Shown: positions 47,117-57,838, numbered from the stretch's first letter. The stretch is 64,000 bases of DNA from an uncultured cyanobacterium (GCA_963749915.1 CAVVOP010000005.1:160001-224000), one strand, 5' to 3'. The notes: generated by a model from the letters alone, not told the origin. Numbers and translations are program-made.

Positions 47117-47692
47117 ATGGCTAATTTATATATAATTGGAGGAGCAAATGGTTCAGGAAAAACTACTGTAGCTAAGGAAATATTGCCCTATTATCTTACT
47201 GTTTATGAATATGTAAATGCAGATGAAATAGCTAAAGGATTGTCTCCTTTTCGTCCTGAAAATGTAGCAATTCAGGCAGGTAAATTAATGCTAAAAAGAC
47301 TGGCTTATTTAGTGAAAAATAAGATTGATTTTGCTTTTGAATCTACTTTATCAGGTCTAAATTATGTAAAATTTCTTGAAAAATGTCGTCGCCAAAATTA
47401 TCAAATAAACTTAATTTATTTTTGCTTAGAAAATCCACAACTAGCTATTCAAAGAGTGCAACAAAGAGTAAAAAGTGGTGGTCATAATATTCCTGAAAAT
47501 ATTATCATTCGTCGCTATTATCGAGGACAAAAAAATTTAAGTAAATTTTACTTACCTTTATCTGATACTTGGATTATCTATAACAACTCACAATTAACTC
47601 CGACTCTGGTGGCAGAAAAAACTTTATCAGAACCATCAATTGTTTATGATGAAAGAGTATATTCACAAATTATGGGGGAAAATCATGAATAA
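47117..47692 (+). CDS. Zeta-toxin-like P-loop ATPase/kinase
   Basis: IIGGANGSGKTT, VNADEIA, FAFESTLS, RVKSGGHNIP; likely start MANLY at 47117. Confidence 0.85.
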   Translation: MANLYIIGGANGSGKTTVAKEILPYYLTVYEYVNADEIAKGLSPFRPENVAIQAGKLMLKRLAYLVKNKIDFAFESTLSGLNYVKFLEKCRRQNYQINLIYFCLENPQLAIQRVQQRVKSGGHNIPENIIIRRYYRGQKNLSKFYLPLSDTWIIYNNSQLTPTLVAEKTLSEPSIVYDERVYSQIMGENHE

Positions 47693-47870
47693 TAAACAGG
47701 AAAAAAAATTATCGGAAACAATTAATGAAGGTGTCCAAAAAGCAGTAATAAAAGCAGTAGATAGACACCGTAAGTTAGGAGAATCTGTAGTTATTTGGAA
47801 AGATGGTAAAACGGTTATTTTATCTCCTCAAGAAATTGATGAAAATTATCAAAATCTATTATCTAACTAA
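47685..47870 (+). CDS. Small protein coupled to the zeta-like ATPase (putative antitoxin)
   Basis: Overlaps the ATPase stop; KAVDRHRKLGESVVIWKDGKTV. Confidence 0.65.
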   Translation: MNNKQEKKLSETINEGVQKAVIKAVDRHRKLGESVVIWKDGKTVILSPQEIDENYQNLLSN

Positions 47871-47896
47871 TTCATAACTTTAAATGAGAATTAATC

Positions 47897-48157
47897 ATGT
47901 TAACAGTTAATCTAGATCATGAATCAGAAAAATATTTAATTGAAATTTTGTCAGAAGAAAAAATAACTAGCCGAGAATTAGTTAAAAAACTTTTGCGTAA
48001 CCATTGGATAAGTTTAAAAAAACCTCAAACAGTTTTAGACAAAATGGGTGGTTATCCTGAACATTTATTAGATGGAAAAGAAAACTTATCTGACAGAGAT
48101 GTTCGTAAGCAAAAAATTGTTGAATACTTGCACCAAAAGTATGAACAACATCAATAA
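47897..48157 (+). CDS. Putative antitoxin (small DNA-binding-like protein)
   Basis: 86 aa ORF directly followed by a PIN-like start. Confidence 0.55.
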   Translation: MLTVNLDHESEKYLIEILSEEKITSRELVKKLLRNHWISLKKPQTVLDKMGGYPEHLLDGKENLSDRDVRKQKIVEYLHQKYEQHQ

Positions 48158-48159
48158 TT

Positions 48160-48201
48160 ATGACTGAATATTACCCCTTTATTCTAATTGACACAGGAAT
48201 C
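48160..48201 (+). pseudogene. N-terminal stub of a PIN/VapC-type toxin
   Basis: MTEYYPFILIDTGI resembles the first strand and Asp of PIN domains; the frame stops soon after. Confidence 0.45.
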
Positions 48202-48221
48202 ATGTTTAGAGGAAACTAAAA

Positions 48222-48563
48222 ATGGAAGCAACTAAAGTTAAAGGAATTGTAAATGAAGAAGGACAATTAATAATAGAAGAAACTATTAATCTTAGTCCGG
48301 GAGAAGTAAAGGTACTTATTTTTAATAGTGCTACTCCAGTTAATCCTGATTTTGATTTAACTTTAAAACGTCTTTTAGAATTAAAAGAAATAGATCCAGA
48401 TTTAGATGAAAATGATGAAGATGAAATTTATTATCCTTCTGATTATGCTTTTTCTGGCTCTATTCAATTATTAAATGAACTTTATAAAATTTTAGGTGAT
48501 GCTTTCCCTCGTGGTTATGCTTCAGTAGAATCAAAAACAAGAACAAAAGAAGATAAGAATTAA
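48222..48563 (+). CDS. Hypothetical protein, 3' end replaced by IS sequence
   Basis: MEATKVKGIVNEEGQLIIEE...; runs into the IS5 remnant at ~48530. Confidence 0.55.
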   Translation: MEATKVKGIVNEEGQLIIEETINLSPGEVKVLIFNSATPVNPDFDLTLKRLLELKEIDPDLDENDEDEIYYPSDYAFSGSIQLLNELYKILGDAFPRGYASVESKTRTKEDKN

Positions 48564-49385
48564 TAAAGTAGGAGGTGGAAGGGATGAAAAAATAAGTAAA
48601 GAAGAACAAATAATTATGACTTTGGTTTATCTCAGACACCATCTTAATTTTCAGTTATTAGCATTAATGTTTAAAGTGAGTGAAAGTACTGCTAATAACG
48701 TGTTTTATAAATGGCAAAAATTATTAGAATTAGCCTTACCTTCTTCCTTACGAGAACAAGTAAAAAAGTTCGAGGATAGTCTAGAAGAAATCAAAAAAAT
48801 CTTAACTAATTATGAGCTCATAGTAGATACAGAAGAACAAGAAATAGAAAGAAGTCTAGACTATGAAGAACAAAAAAAGCATTATTCAGGAAAGAAAAAA
48901 ATGCAGACTTTTAAAAATCAAGTAATTTGTTTGCCAAAAGGGGAAGATATAGTAGATGTAGTAGGAGGAGAACTAGGACCAAAAGCTGACATAACTATTT
49001 GGAGGGAAAATGCAGATATATTTGTAGAGCATCTAATTAGAATAATCAAAATATTTAAGGTTATGGGAGAAAGATTTAGACTAAAAAAAGAGGAATATGA
49101 ATCAGTTTTTTTGAGCGTTTGTGGTTTGGTAAGATTAAGAATGGGAACTTTAATAATTGAACATCGGAAAACGAGTGAAACGGGAGAAATAATTGATGTT
49201 CTGTTAACCCATATTTTTTCATCAAAATTGGATTTTTCTTGATTTTTGACGAAATAACAGGATTAAGAGCCGGCGATCGCGCAGCGCCGTTTCACGATCA
49301 CGAAGTGGCGCTGCGCGATCGCCCTAGGAGTAAAAAGGTTTCAAATGCTTATAATGAAAGAATCATAAATTTTTGGAGATGTCTA
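48530..49385 (+). mobile_element. IS5-family (DDE_Tnp_4 type) remnant
   Basis: KKIRINKVGGGR, TLVYLRHH..FQLL.LMFKVSESTA, IVDTEEQ, YSGKKKMQTFKNQ, VEHLIRIIKIF; right end ttttggagatgtcta. Confidence 0.8.
49272..49323. repeat. HIP1-flanked small palindromic element
   Basis: Perfect 17-bp IR ggcgatcgcgcagcgcc / ggcgctgcgcgatcgcc around an 18-nt core. Confidence 0.85.
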
Positions 49386-49909
49386 AGTAAACCTCATGGT
49401 CATGTTGCTTTAATTTTAGAAACTATTAAAAAATTAAATTTAGACACAATTATTAGTTCTCAATCCTCTCGTAATCGTAATTTAATTATGGCAATGATTG
49501 CCGCCAGAATTATCAATCCTGGCTCAAAATTAGCCACTGCTAGGAGTTTTAATGAAGAAACTTGTAGCAATAGTTTGGGACAAATATTAAACCTGAAAAA
49601 AGCGGATGAAGATGAATTGTATTTGCCTGTAGAAACCCTTTAATTGCGGAAAAGAATAAACAGCAAAGAGAGGCATTATTATTGGACTTTATTAGAAGAT
49701 TTAGGGACAATTTGTCTTGTGGAAGTAGAATGTAATTTGGCTCAGGGAAAGTCTAGTTTCCAGACCATTACCCGACCAACACGATTACAACAAAAGGCAT
49801 TAGATTTGGTGGAGATTTCCTTAATTTGTCCCCAGTAAATAGGGGGAGATAAGTGGTTCAAAACTTTACACAGCAAAGGTTTTCGTTTTTGTCAAAGGGG
49901 GAAGTTCGG
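49386..49909 (+). mobile_element. Remnant of a second, different IS1634-type element with a large internal deletion
   Basis: PHGHVALILETIKKL...AMIAARIINPGSKLATAR...ADEDELY joined to TLLEDLGTI...TRPTRLQQKALDL; end ggggaagttcgg. Confidence 0.7.
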
Positions 49910-50361
49910 TAATAAGTCAGATTTTGAAAAAGATTCACCATGTCTAGATTGTCCAGACTTTAATAGCTGCATTCAGCAGGGACAATTCTGTGTTTATAGC
50001 TCAAAAATGAATTACGGTTCGTTGTACTTCGGCGACCCTAACTGCAGCTTTTGCTTGTCCCAGACGCGCTAGTGCGATCGCAAAGCTAAGCAGTTCAAGA
50101 TTAGGCAAGCATGGCGCATATGCTTTCTGCTCAAGTTCAGACAGTGGATCGGCGATCGCAAGAGATAAACAATTGTGAAGCGATCGATGTATAACCCATC
50201 ATTACTAAACACTTCTTTTATTGCCTCGGTAAAGTTATCCTCAATATCTGAGTTTAAATCAGATTCAATAATTGGCGATCGCTTTTAGTCCTCCAAAATC
50301 AATTATTCACTGTTCACGGTAAAATTAAGGTGAAAATAACAGCAACCATTCAGCGAAGACG

Positions 50362-51584
50362 ATGCAAACTATTGATAAACCTATAATAATACTAATACCG
50401 ATAATAATTTATTTGATGGTAGTATTCATAGACGTAAAACCCGCCCCGTAAAAATAGGGAATGTCATCATCGGCGGTAATAATCCCGTTGTGGTGCAATC
50501 CATGATTAATGAAGATACCCTCGATGTCTCTGCTTCTGTTGCCGCTATTCGCCGTTTACATGAAATTGGTTGCGAAATTGTAAGAGTTACAGTGCCAAGT
50601 CTTGCCCATGCTAAAGCGGTAGGGGAAATTAAAGCCAAACTAGAACAAAATTATCAATCAGTACCTCTAGTGGCTGATGTGCATCATAATGGCATGAAAA
50701 TCGCCCTCGAAGTGGCGAAACATGTCGATAAAGTTCGTATTAATCCGGGCTTATATGTCTTTGAAAAACCAAAAAGCGATCGTACCGAGTATTCAGACAC
50801 AGAATTTAGCGATATTGGAGACAAAATCAGGGAAACCTTGGAACCGTTAGTGATTTCCTTGAGAGATCAAGGAAAAGCTATGCGTATTGGTGTTAATCAT
50901 GGTTCTTTAGCGGAAAGAATGCTTTTTACTTATGGTGACACCCCAGAAGGCATGGTGGAATCAGCCATCGAATTTATCAAAATATGTGAGTATTTAGATT
51001 TCCGTAATTTAGTTATCTCCATGAAGGCCTCCCGTGTGCCTGTTATGTTATCCGCTTATCGTTTAATGGTAAAACGCATGGATGATTTAGGTATGGATTA
51101 TCCTTTACATTTAGGCGTAACAGAAGCCGGAGATGGTGAATATGGCAGAATAAAATCCACCGCAGGAATAGGTACTTTATTAGCAGAAGGCATCGGCGAT
51201 ACTATTCGAGTTTCTTTAACAGAAGCACCAGAAAAAGAAATCCCCGTTTGTTACAGCATCTTACAAGCTCTCGGATTGCGTAAAACCATGGTAGAGTATG
51301 TAGCTTGTCCTTCCTGTGGACGCACTTTGTTTAATTTGGAGGAAGTATTACACAAAGTGAGAGAAGCCACAAAACACTTAACAGGATTAGATATAGCTGT
51401 AATGGGATGTATTGTTAATGGTCCGGGTGAAATGGCTGATGCTGATTATGGTTATGTGGGTAAACAACCTGGTTTTATTTCCCTTTATCGTGGCAAACAA
51501 GAAATTAAAAAAGTGCCAGAGACCGAAGGGGTTATGGAGTTAATAAATTTAATCAAAGCCGATGGCAAATGGGTTGAGCCATAA
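50362..51584 (+). CDS. ispG: (E)-4-hydroxy-3-methylbut-2-enyl-diphosphate synthase, with an apparent 1-nt frameshift near 50380
   Basis: [11 protein letters not shown]...[52 protein letters not shown]. Confidence 0.95.
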
Positions 51585-51619
51585 TCATCAGCTAAAACAA
51601 TATTCTTTGGTAATTAGAT

Positions 51620-51649
51620 GGTGCGTTTGACTTCGTTAACGCACCCTAC
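51620..51649 (-). repeat. GTAG-family REP-like palindrome
   Basis: Minus strand GTAG-GGTGCGTT-N10-AACGCACC. Confidence 0.7.
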
Positions 51650-51676
51650 AAGGGCCGCGATGGCACTAATAATAAA

Positions 51677-51797
51677 TACCAAATCCGCATTTCAAAACCA
51701 ACTTTGACAAAATTAGTGAAACCCTATTGTCCCTTGACTGTTTGTTGTCTGTTGCCTACCCTATTGAATAAGTAGGCTATATAAGCCGGATTTGGTA
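51677..51797. mobile_element. ~120-bp MITE-like element
   Basis: Terminal IRs taccaaatcc / ggatttggta. Confidence 0.55.
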
Positions 51798-51833
51798 CAA
51801 ATTATGATTTTTGGCTAAATAATTAGGATTAAA

Positions 51834-53636
51834 TTGCGATTATTAAAACGGATTAAATATTTCCTTTTTTTCTTTGTATTTACTTTTGTGTTGTTAGCCA
51901 ACAATAACATAACCGCACAAAAATTGAGAAAATTACCTACTGATAATTTTTCCTCTTCAACTGTGGAAGATGTGGTTGGATCTCTCGACCCTGAGGACTC
52001 GGAATCTTTGGAATCTTTAAAAAAAGAATTAGAAAATCTGGGGTTATTTAAGCAAACATCGGGTAGCCTTGGAAACATTATTTATAGTGCAGTAAAAATA
52101 GATGGTCGAATTATTTTCCAAGTTGCTTCTGATTCTACCATTTATGAAAATGATGAAGATAGAAATATCAAAGTTAATACTCGAGTACAACGGATTGAAA
52201 ATACTTTAAGGGGAATAGTAAAAAGAAATTTAGCACCAAATTTGTTACAGGTTAATCCAGCTATTCTCAATAATGAAACAGTTATTAAAATTTCCAGGAC
52301 AGATAAAACTCAAGAATGGATTTTAATGACCATTACTGATAAAGATGCGGACCTTTATGGTCTATCTATCCCTGAATTGGCGAAACTACGTTCTTATTTT
52401 GTCAAAGATGCTTTAACGAGTGCATGGAAAGAACGTCAGCCACCATTTTTAATTCGTCAATTTTTCCTCGGAATAGGAATAATAATTGCCATGTTTTTAG
52501 CAAGTTATTTCATAATTTATATTAGCAAATACTTATCTCCTAAAAAACATGAATTACAATCTATTTTGTGGAATAAAAATTTAATTCAAGTTGGACATGC
52601 TGTTATTTGGTTGCCTGGTATTGGTTGGATTTTACAATTATTTCCTTATACAAGAAGTGGAGGAATTTGGTTTTTAGATAATGCCATGACAATTTCTTTT
52701 ACTATTATTATCTTTTTATTCACCAGTAGAATTTTAGATTTATTTATTAAAATTAGTGAAGATTCAGACAGATTAAAAACTGTTCCAATTCGAGTTTTTG
52801 TCCAAATTTTTTATGTCTTATTAGTAGTATTATTTTTGTTATTTATTCTTGCTGATTTGTTTAAACAACCTTTAACTAGTGTCATGGCGGGATTCGGTGC
52901 TGGTGGTGCAATTCTTATGCTTATTTTTAAAGATTCTATTATGGGATTTACCGCCGGAATTCAACTGGCGGCGAATAAAATGGTGGCATTAGGAGATTGG
53001 ATTGAAATGCCAAAATATGGTGCTGACGGTTCAGTAATAGAGGTTTCTTTATATACAGTAAAAGTGCAAAATTGGGACAAAACTATTACTTTAATTCCCA
53101 CTTATGCGTTAATTTCTGATTCTTTTAAGAATTGGCGAGGTATGTTTGAATCAGGAGGAAGACGAATTAAACGCTCTGTTTATATTGATATAAATTCAAT
53201 TAAATTTTGTGATCAAGAAATGTTAAAGAGATTTTCCCAATTAAATTTTATCTCTAGTTATATAGAAAAAAAATATCAAGAATTAGCTGAATATAATAAA
53301 AAAACTAATATCCTTAATAATTCGGTTTTAAAAGAAGAAAAATGGATTACTAATGTTGGTGTATTCCGAGCTTATGTAGTCGGCTATTTGAAAGCTCATC
53401 CTCAAATTAGCGATATTCATACTTTTCTGGTACGGCAATTACAGCCAACAGAACATGGTTTACCCATCGAAATTTATGTTTTTTCTTTAGACACTAAATG
53501 GGCAAACTATGAGAATATTCAAGCAGATATTTTTGATCATATTCTCTCTGTTATTCCTGAATTCGATTTGCGAGTGTTCCAAAATATTTCTGGTCAAGAT
53601 ATTGAGAAATTTAGTGCCTTTCACGAACACAGATAA
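51834..53636 (+). CDS. MscS-family mechanosensitive channel (YbdG-like) with a large N-terminal extension
   Basis: FKDSIMGFTAGIQL, GDWIEMPKYGADG, VKVQNWDKT, NWRGMFESGGRRIKRS, LVRQLQP. Confidence 0.9.
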   Translation: MRLLKRIKYFLFFFVFTFVLLANNNITAQKLRKLPTDNFSSSTVEDVVGSLDPEDSESLESLKKELENLGLFKQTSGSLGNIIYSAVKIDGRIIFQVASDSTIYENDEDRNIKVNTRVQRIENTLRGIVKRNLAPNLLQVNPAILNNETVIKISRTDKTQEWILMTITDKDADLYGLSIPELAKLRSYFVKDALTSAWKERQPPFLIRQFFLGIGIIIAMFLASYFIIYISKYLSPKKHELQSILWNKNLIQVGHAVIWLPGIGWILQLFPYTRSGGIWFLDNAMTISFTIIIFLFTSRILDLFIKISEDSDRLKTVPIRVFVQIFYVLLVVLFLLFILADLFKQPLTSVMAGFGAGGAILMLIFKDSIMGFTAGIQLAANKMVALGDWIEMPKYGADGSVIEVSLYTVKVQNWDKTITLIPTYALISDSFKNWRGMFESGGRRIKRSVYIDINSIKFCDQEMLKRFSQLNFISSYIEKKYQELAEYNKKTNILNNSVLKEEKWITNVGVFRAYVVGYLKAHPQISDIHTFLVRQLQPTEHGLPIEIYVFSLDTKWANYENIQADIFDHILSVIPEFDLRVFQNISGQDIEKFSAFHEHR

Positions 53637-53751
53637 AAGGAAATTAATTAACGTTTTAAAATACATTTTTAGATAAATTGGCCTTGTTCTAACATCAGGA
53701 GAATATTCTTTCTAGTCATAACTAGATGGAAAATATACTTCATCATTATTA

Positions 53752-54279
53752 CTAATTATAATCGCCTGGATTAACTGAAAAATCAGCTTTGGCAGAGGGT
53801 ATAAACAAAGAGCGGACCTTATCCCAAAAATTGCCACCTAAGACAAAAAAACTGCTTACTAGCATTAGATCCCCAATAAAATTAAGAGTAAATCGATCGC
53901 TTTGGTAACTAGGTATTAATTGAGGAAAATAGGGCATAATCCAACCAAAAAGTAGGGGTAAAATAAATAAGATTAAACCGATATAGTAGCGAAGAGGAGA
54001 GACCGTTTGACGAAACACGTACTGTTTCAAAGCTCCTTTCACTTTGCTACGAAGATAATTAAATCCTGGTTTACCAAGAATGGTAATTGATAAAATAGTA
54101 AATACTTGGGGAACTCCCACGACTAGACAGGCTGAAATGAGAGGCTTCCAAGCTGTGGGCACAGGTAAACTTGCGACTAAAGGAATGAATAAAATCGTTG
54201 ATTGGGCAAAAAGAAAAACAAATCCGCCAACTATTAAACGAACTTTAGAGGGTTCTTCTTGAGTGGGATAATCTGTCAT
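53752..54279 (-). CDS. Small multi-pass membrane protein (transporter-suffix-domain type)
   Basis: About four hydrophobic segments; ILGKPGFNYL, SFFVLGGNFWDKVRSLF. Confidence 0.7.
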   Translation of the reverse strand: MTDYPTQEEPSKVRLIVGGFVFLFAQSTILFIPLVASLPVPTAWKPLISACLVVGVPQVFTILSITILGKPGFNYLRSKVKGALKQYVFRQTVSPLRYYIGLILFILPLLFGWIMPYFPQLIPSYQSDRFTLNFIGDLMLVSSFFVLGGNFWDKVRSLFIPSAKADFSVNPGDYN

Positions 54280-54373
54280 GAGTAATTTTTCTCCTTGTCT
54301 ATCACTAATGCTTTGACAGCATTATACAGCATTACATTGATGAACTGGTTGGGATAATTTTGGATTAAACTAA

Positions 54374-56164
54374 TTACTCTAAACCGGGACGAGGCATGGG
54401 AAATATTTTCTGTTTGTTAAGTTGCCGTAACCAAAAACCGCCGATAACAGCAAATATTAGGGATAACCAACCTGTAAAGGATTGTAAGAGTAAAAAACCA
54501 CCGATTGATAACATTAAGCCAAACAATAACAAGACAGAAGCGATGACTTTTAAACTGTCTAACTGCAAATTTTGTAAGGGTTTTACCCCCGTGTCTTCCT
54601 GTTGTTTTCGCCAACCAATACCTGCTGGGCGCACTCTCAGATAAAAATTGTTTAAGGTTTCTTCGGATTCGGGTGGGGTTAAATACATGGCACTAATCCA
54701 GATAATAGCGGTTGAACCAGAAATGATCATGAGTCTTAAGCCAAAATCCGACGGGAAAAGATTGAGGTTAGGTATGACGCTAGTTAAGCCGATGATAAAA
54801 CCGGCCACCATGGAGGCTAACTCGGCAGTTGCGTTTATGCGCCACCAATACCAACGCAAAATTAATACTAATCCAGGTCCTGTACCAATCGCAATTACTA
54901 AACGAAATACTGTACTCACATCTTTCGCAAAAAAGGCAGCGATGGCACCGATAAAAGTAACGAGAATAGAAGCTATCCTACCCACTAATACTAACTGACC
55001 TTGAGACGCATCGGGGGCAAAAAAACGGCGATATAAGTCATTAGTAAGATAAGACGCACCCCAGTTAATAGAAGTGGAAACAGTACTCATAAAGGCGGCG
55101 ATAAGAGAGGCAACCACTAATCCTAACATGACGGGGGGGAGAAAATCCAACATCAGTAGAGGATAGCCTAATTCAGGATCTTCGAGATCGGGATAAATGA
55201 CGATGGCGACTAAGGCGACTAAAACCCAAGGCCATGTACGGATAATATAATGAAGGATATTAAAAAACCATGCCGCTTTTTCCGCTTCCGCTTCATCCTT
55301 GGCAGAGATTAACCGTTGGACAAATTCTCCCCCTCCATCACTACGACGAAAACTCCACCATTGTACTAATAAGTAAGCAGAAAAGGTACTTAAACTAATT
55401 CCTGCCACATCACTCCAATGCCAATTAAATAAGCCTTCTCCTTTGGTTAAAGGAATTACCGATAAAACATCAATATCTGTAGCCTTTTGCACTGCCGGAA
55501 TTAATTCCTGAATACCGCCAACATGATTGACAGCAACCATCGCCACAACCACCGCCCCAAGTAAAGCAAGGAAAAATTGGAAAAAATCGGTGACAACAAC
55601 CCCCCATAAGCCAGAAAAACCAGAATAGATAAGAACAAATACACTAACAGCGATAACACTCCATAATTTACCACTCTCTCCCACATTTAAACCGAAACTT
55701 TCCCATAACTGCAAAGCTGAAACTACTTTTACCATTGCTAACATCGCGTAACCAATGCCAATACAATTGATCGGTACAGCGAATAAAAAGGCTTTAGTTG
55801 CCCGTAAAATTGCCGCCATCTTACCACCGTAACGGATTTCCGTTAATTCCGCATCGGTGACAACTTCCGCCCTGCGCCATAACCGTGCAAAAATATAGAT
55901 TAAGACAACATGAGAAATGCCGAAACTCCACCATTCCCAATTACCAGCGATACCTCTAGTTGCTACAACACCGCAAATATACAAAGGCGTGTCGACAGAA
56001 AACGTAGTGGCTGCCATACTTGTACCGGCTAACCACCATGTAAGGGATCGCCCTGAGACAAAGAAATCTTCAAGACTTTTTGACGCCTTACCTGATAGAT
56101 AAATGCCGATGGCCATGGTAATAATTAGATATAAAAGGATAACAATCCAATCGATGGTTTGCAT
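54374..56164 (-). CDS. Sodium:solute symporter family protein
   Basis: DFFVSGRSLTWWLAGTSMAATTF, GLWGVVVTD, QRLISAKDE, AAFMST. Confidence 0.9.
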   Translation of the reverse strand: MQTIDWIVILLYLIITMAIGIYLSGKASKSLEDFFVSGRSLTWWLAGTSMAATTFSVDTPLYICGVVATRGIAGNWEWWSFGISHVVLIYIFARLWRRAEVVTDAELTEIRYGGKMAAILRATKAFLFAVPINCIGIGYAMLAMVKVVSALQLWESFGLNVGESGKLWSVIAVSVFVLIYSGFSGLWGVVVTDFFQFFLALLGAVVVAMVAVNHVGGIQELIPAVQKATDIDVLSVIPLTKGEGLFNWHWSDVAGISLSTFSAYLLVQWWSFRRSDGGGEFVQRLISAKDEAEAEKAAWFFNILHYIIRTWPWVLVALVAIVIYPDLEDPELGYPLLMLDFLPPVMLGLVVASLIAAFMSTVSTSINWGASYLTNDLYRRFFAPDASQGQLVLVGRIASILVTFIGAIAAFFAKDVSTVFRLVIAIGTGPGLVLILRWYWWRINATAELASMVAGFIIGLTSVIPNLNLFPSDFGLRLMIISGSTAIIWISAMYLTPPESEETLNNFYLRVRPAGIGWRKQQEDTGVKPLQNLQLDSLKVIASVLLLFGLMLSIGGFLLLQSFTGWLSLIFAVIGGFWLRQLNKQKIFPMPRPGLE

Positions 56165-56392
56165 AAAAATAAAGCGTTAATTATTAATAATAAAAGTCAA
56201 AAAATAATCGTCTAAACCTATTTGTATATTGCCTAAATTAATGCTAAATCTGGTTCAATAAAATAACCATTATAGGGGTTAGCTCAACTTTTGGCGAATA
56301 TATTAGATCATGAACTCCAAAAATTGTCGGCATACTTAATTATTAATACAAGTTAAATTGATAATTAATGGGTAACGTCCATAAATAATTAC

Positions 56393-57049
56393 CTAATATT
56401 TGGTCACAGAAATCGTAGCGACCCCAATAGTTTTCAGTTTTCCCTTTATTAACACTCGTGTCGCCTCATTTACCGTCATCCCAGTGGTGTAAATATCATC
56501 AATAATTAAAATATCCTGAGATTTATTTACTTTTCCGTAGTCTTTCCCTAAATTAAAGGCCTGATCGATATTTTTTCTCCTTTGTTGAGGGGTTAAACCA
56601 AACATCGCTTCGGTATTTTTAACCCTAATTATTAAATTTGTTTTAAGTTGATAATTTGTGACCTGACAAAAACTACGTGCGATTAATTCTGCTTGGTTAA
56701 AGCCTCTGGTTTTCAGTTTATCAGGGTGTAATGGTATCGGAATAACCGTGAGTTGAGGATATTTTTTTTTGTTGCCTGATTCTAACCATGCTTCTGCTAA
56801 CCAGTCACCGAATAATTCCCCCATAGCTTTATTTTGATCATATTTTAAGGCAGCGATCGCCCGTTTTAAATAACTATCATATTTACCCCAAGAAAATAAG
56901 AAAAAATCAGGTTTCCCAAATTGTTTATAATTAGTAAGTTGACAGGTGAGTAATTTTTGTTCACAATATCGGCAAATAATATCACTAACCGTGCGTTGAC
57001 AAAGAGGACAATTAGATTTAAGAAATAAAGATAAAATGTTGTTCAACAT
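56393..57049 (-). CDS. comF: ComF family protein (phosphoribosyltransferase-like)
   Basis: CPLC...CRYC zinc motif, IPIPLH, RGFNQAE, IIDDIYTTG. Confidence 0.88.
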   Translation of the reverse strand: MLNNILSLFLKSNCPLCQRTVSDIICRYCEQKLLTCQLTNYKQFGKPDFFLFSWGKYDSYLKRAIAALKYDQNKAMGELFGDWLAEAWLESGNKKKYPQLTVIPIPLHPDKLKTRGFNQAELIARSFCQVTNYQLKTNLIIRVKNTEAMFGLTPQQRRKNIDQAFNLGKDYGKVNKSQDILIIDDIYTTGMTVNEATRVLIKGKLKTIGVATISVTKY

Positions 57050-57094
57050 CGATAAACATTGCAAGATTATTTTTACTGTTTAAGTAATGAAAAA

Positions 57095-57541
57095 ATGGAA
57101 ATAAGATTTAGAGAATTTAACCCTTTTGATTTATGGTTTTGGTTAGAATTTGATCATGTACCTTCGGAAATGGAAAAACAATATGTAGAAGAATTATTTA
57201 ACTCATGGTTTTATTTAGGCAAATTAGGAGGATTTAATGCCGAAAATTTACAAATACAAGAGTTGGGCATTGATATTAGTTATATGGAATATGACCAAGA
57301 TTTAGCTGAAAATACAATGATGTCCCCGATGCACAATATGGGAGAATTCGAATTTTTGGGTAATTGGGGCAGATGTTGGTTTGATTTAGGCACTAGCGAC
57401 TTAATTAGCATTGATATATTAGTTAATGCTTTGAGAGAATTAAGCAAAGAGTATTTAGGTATCAATCAATTAATTATTGGGGGCGAAAATGAAGATTGGA
57501 CAGTAGATAAAAATTATAATTCTGGCTTTTTAGAAGATTAA
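57095..57541 (+). CDS. DUF3531 family protein
   Basis: MEIRFREFNPFDLWFW, SWFYLGKLGGFNAENLQ, RCWFDLGTSD. Confidence 0.8.
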   Translation: MEIRFREFNPFDLWFWLEFDHVPSEMEKQYVEELFNSWFYLGKLGGFNAENLQIQELGIDISYMEYDQDLAENTMMSPMHNMGEFEFLGNWGRCWFDLGTSDLISIDILVNALRELSKEYLGINQLIIGGENEDWTVDKNYNSGFLED

Positions 57542-57598
57542 ATTTGCGAGAAACAAGATTCCCTCTAAAACCTATTAATAATGGGTAAAATAAGGTGC

Positions 57599-57838
57599 TT
57601 ATTTACCGAATTTTTGCCCAATTTTTTTGATTGCCCAACTCAATAATGCACCGGTGAATAAAATTCCGATGGCTGGACTAAATACCGGTTGCCATAATTT
57701 GTACCATATCCCCCACCCTAAGGGAATCGCTAATGATCTTCCTATAAGTGCGATGACAAACCAAAAAAAACCGATGATAACTAAAAATACATCTGCGACT
57801 AAAAAGCGATCCAACCAAGTTAATAAGTTTTCTTTCAT
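57599..57838 (-). CDS. Small membrane protein
   Basis: 79 aa with two hydrophobic segments, LWQPVFSPAIGIL. Confidence 0.7.
   Translation of the reverse strand: MKENLLTWLDRFLVADVFLVIIGFFWFVIALIGRSLAIPLGWGIWYKLWQPVFSPAIGILFTGALLSWAIKKIGQKFGK

Noticed and set aside
49239..49643. 134-aa ORF as a real gene
   Set aside because: A chance read-through of the IS5 right end, the HIP1 palindrome and an IS1634-type fragment
49925..50283. Coding-like minus-strand fragment (...FAIALARLGQAKAAVRVAE...)
   Set aside because: Probably a relic of a helical-repeat gene, but too short and broken to assign
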